Of a stretch of 64,000 nucleotides of DNA, positions 27,301 to 36,736 are shown in pieces. Each line of letters starts with the position of its first letter. The stretch's first letter is position 1. The position numbers and the translations under genes were made by a program. The stretch is from Dimorphilus gyrociliatus (lineage: Eukaryota; Animalia; Annelida), in the NCBI GenBank assembly GCA_904063045.1, contig CAJFCJ010000015.1:995923-1059922 (forward strand), in the 5' to 3' direction. The notes under the pieces are model-generated. The model had not been told where the DNA came from. It ran no database searches and was given only the letters and a program-made list of their open reading frames with translations.

Positions 27301-30300
27301 GTAAAGTGAACTACGTTAACTTTTACTTGAAATTGCACCCAAAAATCCGTATAAAAGGCTTGTTCATTATAGCAGTTGAGAAATCTTCTTCCTCGTTTCT
27401 CAAAGATAACAACTCCGTTCAAAGATAGGGTAACTCTTGTCACGGAAACTTTTACAACTAGTGAATCCCTGCTTACAATACCCTTATATTTCATTAAAAC
27501 AACTTGAATTCCCTGACAACTTTTGGCACTGTTTTCAGAGATAGAATTATAATGTTTAAATAGTAATATATTTTAAATAAAATTGAATAAAAACCTAAAG
27601 ATAGAAGATGTTTTATGTTTCATTGAGTACCAGAATTCATCAAGTCTAGCGGTTTTAGTTACTACAGTTATCCAATGATCTGAAAATTGATAAGTGCTTA
27701 ATTCGATTTTACTGTTATGTTACTAGAGTAAAATTTCACCTTTTTCTTTTCGAATCCTCCAAGAGGACGGAGGTATAGCCATATCAACCGCATTTTCAGC
27801 AAAGAAACTATATGCTATTAAATGTTCTCTTTCCTGTATCGGCGTTTCTATTAGCTGCCTGTCTCCATAATTTGGACCCTGACCAACTTTCAGCATATTA
27901 TCTGACCAAGTTATCCAAAAATAATGGAATTCATCGCAAGATAACATATCAACCTGTGTTTTCTCCTTTACTAAATTATTTGCTTTAAATATTTGTATCT
28001 TTGTATTATCATTTCCTCCAAAGATAATCTATGCAAAAAGGAATATTCTTCTTATTAAATATAAAATATATATCTATAATACCTGATACGTAAACGCATT
28101 AAGAATATCAACAGTTGTCTCATGTAGTTGTAGGTAGGCTTCTTTACAGGATCTAACAGCGACAATTATTGCTGTTTGACCTCTATCGAGTGATACTATA
28201 ATATTAAATGCAGGAGCTAAAGGTGAATTGATAATTGATGCCACATCCTCTAAATTAAAGTATACATAAATGGATTTATTTGTCTGATAATAGAGGGAAA
28301 ATGCTCTAACCGTAATACAAATCATTGTCAAAGATCCAATCGCCTGTATTATTTTTAGATGACAAAGCTATTTTATTTGATGTTAAACCTGCTCTATCTG
28401 GTTTAAAGATAATATTAAGTTTTTCTCCAGAGCCGACATTTTGACCCTTTCCACCCCAAAGTACATTAGAGTCCCACATAAGCCAATAGTCGGAGTAGCT
28501 TGTGTCTGATAAAAGAATATCTGTACTAAGACCCTTTACAACATTTCCATCAGGAGGTGATAAAAAGAAAAGTCCACCAGACGTGTAATTAACTAAATTA
28601 TGAATGAAATAAAGGAACTGTTTAGTCGAACTCTTGTTTTATTCAACTTTGATTAAAATAACTGACCTCTTCCTCTTTTATTTATTTCAAATTCCTTTGC
28701 AAATGACTCCTCTGAAATATCTCTATTAGTCGAAATCACTAAGGACGCTATATCCTTAGACTTTACTCTAAAGTTTAAGCCTCCTCTATTAGGTACCGAT
28801 ATCCAAGGTGAACTATCATACGAATTAAGATTTGAGGAATGATGATAAAACGACGAAACTAAGAGTTAATGGAAGAAAGTAGTTGAAATTAGAATAGAAT
28901 ATATTAATTTCCTATTTACCTATATGTTCATTAATAATCCATTCACCAATGTTTCTTTCTCCAGTTGCAAAAGATGCAGCAGTAATTGATAACTAATTGA
29001 AAATATTGAAATAAATTCAACCATATATAATATGGGTAAAACTTTACAAACCTTTAGAAAATCTCCTTCGATAAGAGTATTTTGTGACGTCGTAGAACCT
29101 CTTCCCAATTTAACAGTATACATTGACGAGTTGAAACCCTTATCGTAGTAACTAATCCAAAACTTTCTTGGTTCCATACAATTCAATAATGGATATCCAA
29201 ATAATTTTGTTGTAATATTAACACTATCGTTTCCCTCAAATCTTTTAATTGATATTTTTCCATTGGTATCATCGATAATGAATTCGTAAGAATTTTTGTC
29301 AGATTGTTTAAGTTGTTCGCTTAAAACTAATTTATTGATTACGTAATTGGTTTTTAACTAAAGTAATTATGTTTTTTAAATACTAACTTATGGAAGCAGA
29401 GTGGCAAGTTTTAATTGAAAATACAGCAATGTTTGAACCGAGAAGAATCCATGATGATTTATATTTGTCTATTAAATTTGAATTTGGCTTAGTTGGTTGA
29501 GTTCTTATTAAAATTCCATCATCTAAAAAGATTAAAGTATTATATAAAGACGTACACATCGTCTATATTTCTAATAGATTTACCAGATTTCTCTTCAATA
29601 CTCCATGATAAAAAGATATTTTGTTGAGTATTTTTGCCTGAAAAGGATACGGCTGATATTTCGAAAGCATTTTCCATTCGATGGTTGAAAATACTTTAAA
29701 AGTGATAATAAACTCTTGTGAATTATGTTAATTTGACAAATTATTGATAATACTGACATATTTAGACCCGGAGACTTGTCCGTCCCAAAATAAATTACTC
29801 CATTCGACCATGCAATCCAAAAATATCTATATACTGATGGATCTAAGACTTGACCTATCCAACGGCTTTCAATAACAACTTCTCCCTTCCTCAATTGGAC
29901 TCCTGTATTCCTTCGAGATCCAAGTACTATTTCGTAAACATCTACAGAAGCTATTCCTTGCCATCTTGCTGCTAATACAAGAGCTTCGGCATTTCCTTTC
30001 AATCCAAATACAACGTAATGCCTCTTTGATCTAACATTTAACCAAACTTCATCATAGATAGGCCTCTGTGTGGATAATGTTTGAATCCTTTCTCCTAGCG
30101 CTGTCATATGAGATAAAGTATTACATATATATTAAATTGATACTATTTGCTCTCTAACCATTATCTCTATCGAATTTCCACTGAATATATCCTCCCTGTT
30201 GTTTATCTACATTCCTAACATAAAGCTTATCAGGTCGAAATATTTCATCAGTACTCCAAGTAGCAATTACAAATTGGTCTTCATCTAATCCTTTACCAAA

Positions 30301-32014
30301 GGTAATATTTTTATTAGACCAACTTAACCATAGAGATCTATATTTAAAACATTCTAACGCCTTTTCGTTAGTATCTGAAGACAGATTCTTATATTCCGTA
30401 TTATTGGCTAAAAACATTAAATCTAGGGATATTTTTCCATTAACAGAGCTAATTTTCAATCGAAACTTTACTTTCTCATCTAAAAGTTATTGAGAAAATT
30501 TGTAGTTTAGATTATTGATATGTAAATTATCATTAACCTGGTTCATTAAAGAGATCAATTGAAACATTTGTATTACAAGATCGTATGTCAAATGGAAAGA
30601 AAGTCTTATATTGTACATCGATGGATGAACTTGTTGAGATGGTATCCCTATCGGTTTTAATGGTCCATTGATCGCCTATAATAGAGAGACGTATAATATT
30701 CCAACTAGAGAGAATTAAATTCATAAAAGAAAATCGAACCTCTGGAATCTGGAAAATCCCAAATTGCAGTTTTATTCTCAGATGAATAGACAGAAACATA
30801 TTTAGGTTTAAAATCAAAATCTTTCGTCCAACTTAGAATATTTCCTCTTTTGTTTAATGAACCCAATTCAAAAGTACCTTCTCTACCATTCCAATAGAGA
30901 TTAAAGTCTCTTTTTGAAAAAATAGAACAATTTAATAACGTACTATAAGAATTAATAGAGTTTAATCTTTACCTATTTTCATCGCATGATAGAATGTGTG
31001 TAGTTGATATAAAAGTATAATCCATAGTTCTATTAAATCTAAATCCGCTTTTCATATTATCCTTTCCAATAATAATTTCCCTTATACTATTTAATTGATC
31101 TTCCTCTTCCGATAATAAAATTAATACATCGCTGCAGGCTTTTACTCTGGACGTATATTAAGAGTTGAATATAGATAGAAAGTATATTAATATAACCTAA
31201 AAAGTTACCTAAAATAGAATGTATGCGTAGTACGTTCAGGAATGAAATTTCTCCATATTGTTTTATATAATGGTCTCTTTGACCCAGTCTTTAAAAATAC
31301 TTCCTTTGCTACAAACCAATGTATATATATACATATGTAAATAATTGCTTGTTTTTACCTACTATAGTCTTTAAGAACTTTCCATTGTCCATCAGAACCA
31401 AAACCAGTATTTAGAGCAACTCCAGCAACTTGAAATTTAATCCCTTCATCAATCATTTTACCTATTTGATTTTTACCGAATTCACTACCCCTTCCAATAA
31501 CAAGTGTTTTATTTGACCAAGTAATCCAGTAGGTTAAAAACTTATTCTTATCTAATAAATTAGGAATAAAATCGTTGATTGGTTGACTTGTTTCATTTCT
31601 CATAAATAGTTTCCTTCCTCTGCTACCGCCAATAATAATTTCGTAATATCTTCCAGTTTTTAACTTGTTAAAATCAGGATTTGAGGGAAATAATAAATGA
31701 GCATCATTTTCAGCTTTAATTTTAATAACTAGTCTTTCGAAATCAGTTGTAAAGAACGCATAATCGTAGACGTCATCATGATTTGGCGTAAAAAATAAAT
31801 ACTCTATTTCTATAACAGATTGAAAAGACAATAAATAAAGGAAGAGATCGTTAAGTATCAATAACTTACCTTTCGAATCTTCTTGTCCAAATACTAGATT
31901 ACCTGTAAGAAATAACAATTTACAAAAGAGAATTAAATCGATAATTAATTGATCTAATTTACTTTTTATTAATACAAAAAATGAACATAACGCTATTAAA
32001 AAGCGTAAAATCAT
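6373..32014 (-). CDS. Giant type I membrane protein with about 48 tandem FAMeT-like (Methyltransf_FA-type) domains, mucin stalk, TM helix and FxNPxY tail (about 7,500 aa, estimated)
   Basis: One signal peptide at 32014 and one TM/tail at 6373-6764. All ORF fragments in between are on the minus strand and repeat the pattern (F/L)xV(K/R)AxxDA...YEIxIG...TPxIL...FWxxW...(V/I)GxG...SxxxG.W. The reading frame was preserved at every GT-AG junction I traced (e.g. 31963/31902, 29.7 kb, 19.1-18.8 kb, 17.4 kb, 17.05 kb, 9.5 kb, 7.2 kb, 6.8 kb). Not every junction was checked. Confidence 0.8.
6640..6705 (-). other. Single transmembrane helix of the giant protein
   Basis: AAIAIGVIICLVLIVIIILAII (22 hydrophobic residues) followed by RFK. 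The ORF track missed it because it starts at 6591. Confidence 0.9.
6824..7216 (-). other. Thr/Pro/Lys-rich mucin-like stalk exon (393 nt, phase 1-1)
   Basis: TTPTTPKKTT occurs twice and Thr dominates the segment; bounded by introns 7217-7266 and 6765-6823. Confidence 0.85.
18805..18865. repeat. (GA)n/(GT)n microsatellite in an intron of the giant gene
   Basis: gagagagagagtgtgtgtgtgtttgtgtgtgtgggtgtg seen directly. Confidence 0.85.
18912..19035 (-). other. Two microexons (33 nt, 19003-19035; 24 nt, 18912-18935) encoding a Pro-rich hinge
   Basis: Both have cag acceptors and gtaaga/gtatat donors. The phase-1 joins give NSS-VPVDNSPIPTLPPLPNIMQ-DNQIY in frame. Confidence 0.8.
31870..32014 (-). 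other. Signal peptide of the giant protein (exon 31963-32014 plus 33-nt microexon 31870-31902)
   Basis: Spliced sequence MILRFLIALCSFFVLIKSNLVFG-QEDSK; canonical gtaaat and gtaagt donors and acag/atag acceptors. Confidence 0.8.
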
Positions 32015-32313
32015 TTCTATATTAGGTTTTCCTTTTGCAGAATATCAGTGTAAATTGTTTTTTAACTGACTTCTTTTAATAATAAAAATGGAGAATGATT
32101 AAAAACAATTACGGTTCGAAATATTTGTGGGCGTTCTTTTTGCGATAAGACTAATTAGTATACTGTTATATTGATTATGATGTAGTGATCTCTTTTTTGA
32201 ATAATTCTATTTTATTCTCTTTACAAATTCTTAACGATTTAATAATTAATATGATAAAATATGCCTTTAGTTACTTATTAAGCAATTGTCAATATTATGA
32301 TGGTTTTAACAAT

Positions 32314-32328
32314 CACTAGATGGTGCTG
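32314..32328 (+). promoter_or_regulatory. CTCF-like motif about 300 bp upstream of the giant gene ATG
   Basis: cactagatggtgctg resembles the CTCF core CCACYAGRKGGCRC; motif match only. Confidence 0.45.
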
Positions 32329-33823
32329 TTTAAAAAAATGATGTGAAAAAGGTAGTAAGGAGTAGTAAATAAGAGAATAGTGGCATAAAATAAAAGATAT
32401 TGTATTAGGAATATATCTTTTGCATTAAATACAATTTGTCCTGAAAAATGATTTATTTATTAAATTTTTTGTGTTGTCTCTTTTATCTGAGATAATAAAT
32501 AGTAATTGTTGAAAGATCAATCGATTTTAAAGTGGGAAAAAACAGAAACAGTGGAAATTTTATAATCTTGGAAAGGGTTTACTTTTTTTCCTAATTTCTG
32601 TTACTTTATTAACTCTCCTTATCTAATATTATCAATCTGAAGAGGATATCGATAAAGGAAATCAACTTCTCAATCAGAATTTATCTTTTTCTTCTAAATT
32701 TCACCTCCTACAACATTTTATACTTAATTAACTACAAACAGGTAACAACATTTCTTAGTTTAAAGCATATAACATTATAAAACAGGATAAATAATCTTCT
32801 TTTATTTAAAGAATTTCGAATTTTGTCTTTTTTTCTTTAAAAAAGATATTTTTGCATAGGTCACGAAAGTTCAATTTATTAGATTATTGATAAGGTGGGA
32901 ATGTACAAAAGGAGAGACTAGAGAATGTCATTCATATGATATGTTTTAAACAAATGCTGCAATTCGAAGCATTTAATTGTTTTTATTTATTCAGAAAGTC
33001 TTTCGCTTAACAATGATGTAGTCATATTCTGGTCCACAATTTATCTCTACTGTATATACAAATATGTATGTATGTATATTGGTCAATTTTAAAAACAACA
33101 CAGTGAACTTATTATTTTCTTCAGATAACTCCAAGTTGAAACTATCGACGAACGTAATATAACTCATTTGTTTCTTTATCTAAGAAATATGTACCCATAC
33201 CTTATCTTGCTATATATAAGCACAAATAAAACATATAAAATAATTTAAAGGCAAAATTAATACATAAACATTATATCATAACCTTCAAAGGTTAATTGTT
33301 ATTTATACTACTGTTTTTCAGTTTCTTATCTTAGTCTGATAATCAATAATCAGACTATAATTAGAAAAAATACAAGTTATGTTAAATTATTTTGTTTAAA
33401 AAACTTCTTTATTTGTTATATTCAAGATAACCTAAAAAAAAAAACTTGAATAAACAAATCCTGTAATTTAGATTCAAGAAAGACTATATGTTTCATTATT
33501 TATAAAAAAAAAAATAGGACATCCGTGTTAGTATATACAAATATCTTTCAGTAATAATCTAGGAAAGGAGAATAGTTGGCTTTATGGGATTTGTTTGTAA
33601 CGCTTATGTATTTTATTTTCAATCATAAGAGGCGTTTAGAGGTCAAGCATTTAATAATCTCTCTCTCTCACTCTCTCTCTCCTCTATTTTGCCCTACTTT
33701 TTTCTTATACTTTAAATATGTTTGCTTTCAAAACATTCTAAAATCCAAAACACTAAGGAAGATTTATAAATAGCATTTATAAATTAAATTCGAAGAGAAA
33801 TGATCTGTAGAACCGATTTGGAG

Positions 33824-34549
33824 GAGGGAAGGCTTGACAATCTGAATTTTTTTCTCTTACATGAAACTCAGAAACGCCCCATTATATGGACTTTCATTTC
33901 TATTGTGCTGGATTATTGGTTTTTTAAGGAAAATGGTTCATTGACTTAGACTACTTGATCAAATCAATATATGACATAATTTTAGGATAAAAGACGCCTA
34001 AGATAGTTTAATAGGATTTCTAAATAACGTTAAATGAAATAAACCTCAATGAACATAATTTCTTTTCTTTACCAAGCCAACAAAACGCAGATATCATAAG
34101 GACAAAGTATATTTAAACGCCACTTTACACTCTCCCTGATAAACAAAGCTTACGGGGGTGATTCATATAAAATTAAATTCTATAATATAGCTGAATACTT
34201 CATGAAGTAATACTGTCTACTTTTGCTTTATTTAGAGTCATTTATGATTAATAAGAAGGGGAGAAATGAGATATGCAAGCGCTATCTCAAATCTATTGAT
34301 ACAATATACTTTCATATAGCATAACAGGTGAACTATTTATCTAGGTTAGAGAAAAATAATTCTCGTGAATCAAAAGGTGTGGCTTCAGCTTAAACCAATA
34401 GTGGGCGATCCCAAACTATATTTTCATTCAGCTAAACTGAATTTTCTTGTATATACACTTTTATGTAGTCTTACCAAGTTAGGAATGACCGTAATTTCTT
34501 GACTGTTAGCACTGGCAGAATAATTGATTTACTTGTCAAGCCTTCCCTC
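33824..34549. repeat. 17-bp perfect inverted repeat pair (33824-33840 and 34533-34549)
   Basis: gagggaaggcttgacaa and its reverse complement ttgtcaagccttccctc; no target-site duplication visible. Confidence 0.6.
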
Positions 34550-35621
34550 TTAAAAAAACGTCAATAATGCGAATGCACTAATGATTTGTTGGAAATCTCT
34601 TATAGTTATCCTAGAACTTCATCGTAAAACTATGAAACTTTTTTCATTCTTCATTCTTCCAATTACGAAGAGGCCTTGATTAAACTGTGACAAGGTTATA
34701 AAGATAACTAGAATGTTTCACCATACGTTATCAATTAATTATTATATATAATTTGTGTTTGAATCTATATGAGCTGCCCTTAAAGTGTAGGTATAGTGAA
34801 AGATCTACAAAGAAAATTTACAGGAGAATGACTTGAAGGAGAACTTGCATCTTTACAAACTCACTGAAACCGGTTATTCTTTTTATTTAAATATATGATA
34901 AAGTTCAAAACGTGAATATTATAGTCAAAATCAGCAAAAATAAAAAGTTAAGTCATAAATTAGAAAAAAATGCTTGAACAGCAAAAAACAAAAACAAAAA
35001 AAAAACACACATACACTTATTGTTTCCGGCAACTATAAATAGATCACTCTTCAGGAAAATCGAGGAATTCATAATATAAAAAAAATTGAATAAGGTTTCC
35101 TGCTCTCTTTCTCTTTAATCTTTTAAAAATACTATTAAGGGAAGTTAGTAAGGGAAGTTAGTTATACAATTCGTTATTGCTATTTATTCAATGTAAACAG
35201 TAGGTAGTTCTACGTCTCTTTCTTATAGTTGTATAAGTTTGATAGTTTATCTTTATTTTAGCATTTCGAATGAATTATCTACTGCTAACCGACAGTACTA
35301 GATCTCGTCTCAATGGCTCACGTATAGTTTTCCTAGTGAGTCACGTGATCTAGAGCCAGATGATTCACTTTTAAATAAAAATACTATACTAGTTCATATA
35401 GGAGCGAGACTTTGATATCCGCTCTGTAGATAGTTTATATACTATTACATGTATAACTTGAAAAGAGAGAAAAAAAGAAATATTGGATATAGGAGAATAT
35501 ATACTTTTGATAAACATATCGACGTAAAGGAAAAGCTCAATTATTAGTGAATATCTCTCGATGAAAAAGAAATTAAACTTCCGAAACGCAGCTTTATGAA
35601 AAAATTTCTTAAACCATAATA

Positions 35622-36380
35622 ATGAAAGATTATAAACAGCATTTAAGGGATACCCTTACCACTTCTAGGAATAACACTTTACTTAAGATAATTATGGGAA
35701 TTGCCTTGTCAATTTTTCTATTTCATTTTTTAGTTTTACCGAAACTAACTCGTAACTACGATGATCCCTGCTTTCTAGAAAAGGCTAAGTTCGATGCATT
35801 ATCGCATACTCTTGGAGCTTTATCAAGATCACTGCAAAAACTTAATGAAACTTATTGGCTTGAATATGGAACTTTGGTGGGATTTTATAGGAGAAAGTCG
35901 ATTTTAGAATATGATCATGACATCGATTTAGGAAGATTGATGCATGACAATAAGGATAAAGAAAGAAATGTATATAAGAAATTAAAAAGAGAGCTTTCAA
36001 AATATAATGTAGATTTAATAAAAAATGGATACGTTGTTAGGAGTAGAGCTCGTGATGGTAGCTATGTATACGGAGATTTGTCAACATGGAGAAAAGTTGT
36101 TTTGACAAAAGACGGAAAAAACATCACAGTCCTAAGGAGAATCGATCCAGACTTAAAACCATCGACATTGCTTTTACATTTAGCCTATTCAACTGGGATG
36201 GGAGATATACCTTCCAATTGGATTTTGCCTTCTAAAAAAGAAAGATTATCAAATGGTAATGTTATTCACGTTCCAAATAGCTATTTGAGAGTTATCAGAC
36301 ATAGGTATCCGCTCTCTTGGATGATACCCTTCCCATATAAGTGGAAGTGTTGGTTACCATGGAACTATCCACACAAATAG
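35622..36380 (+). CDS. LicD-family (fukutin/FKRP-related) phosphotransferase, type II membrane protein, copy 1
   Basis: N-terminal TM (IIMGIALSIFLFHFLVLP) and YWLEYGTLVGFYR...YDHDIDLG, matching the LicD GTLLG..R....WDxDxD motif; single exon. Confidence 0.85.
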   Translation: MKDYKQHLRDTLTTSRNNTLLKIIMGIALSIFLFHFLVLPKLTRNYDDPCFLEKAKFDALSHTLGALSRSLQKLNETYWLEYGTLVGFYRRKSILEYDHDIDLGRLMHDNKDKERNVYKKLKRELSKYNVDLIKNGYVVRSRARDGSYVYGDLSTWRKVVLTKDGKNITVLRRIDPDLKPSTLLLHLAYSTGMGDIPSNWILPSKKERLSNGNVIHVPNSYLRVIRHRYPLSWMIPFPYKWKCWLPWNYPHK

Positions 36381-36685
36381 GGACATAATTGATCTCTTTT
36401 TTACACTGTGATTGTTATAATTATTAATCAGGTTGAAGCTTTGTTAAACGAATCAAAATACAATATTGTTATACTTTTGAAATTTTTAATGCAGTTTCTT
36501 ATAATTATAAACTGAATAAATAACTGAATAAAGAGATAAAGTGTACTGATTTCAAAAATCAAGGGAATGTTTGTTTGAATGACTGAATGAGATAATTAAA
36601 GACTAGCGAATAAAACGAGTCATCCCACATAATCTGGTCATTACCATGTATGTGACAGTTCCCCGTGTCAATTGAAATTCAATTT

Positions 36686-36701
36686 CCTGTAGATGGCGTA
36701 G
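36686..36701 (+). promoter_or_regulatory. CTCF-like motif between the two LicD genes
   Basis: cctgtagatggcgtag; motif match only. Confidence 0.4.
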
Positions 36702-36736
36702 CGTACTACCAGTTTTTCACGTGAATGTTTTGAGAA

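Larger units (their letters stand above)
7267..31810 (-). repeat. Protein-level tandem array of about 48 diverged FAMeT-like domains (about 140-155 aa each)
   Basis: Hand count of FWxxW-type cores, for example EYITFFVQAKNDAFLAL...YEILIGGAKNTKTEIR...TPRILNETTPKAFWISW...VGITTGFGSTGKW at 12350-12730. No nucleotide-level repeat is visible; the copies are highly diverged. Confidence 0.85.

Noticed and set aside
7267-31810. Calling the giant protein a farnesoic acid O-methyltransferase enzyme
   Set aside because: No SAM-binding glycine-rich motif; signal peptide, probable disulfides, TM and 48 copies indicate an extracellular non-enzymatic module.
33333-33358. Small hairpin tagtctgat...atcagacta
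   Set aside because: A 9-bp AT-rich stem is expected by chance; no Helitron or terminator context.
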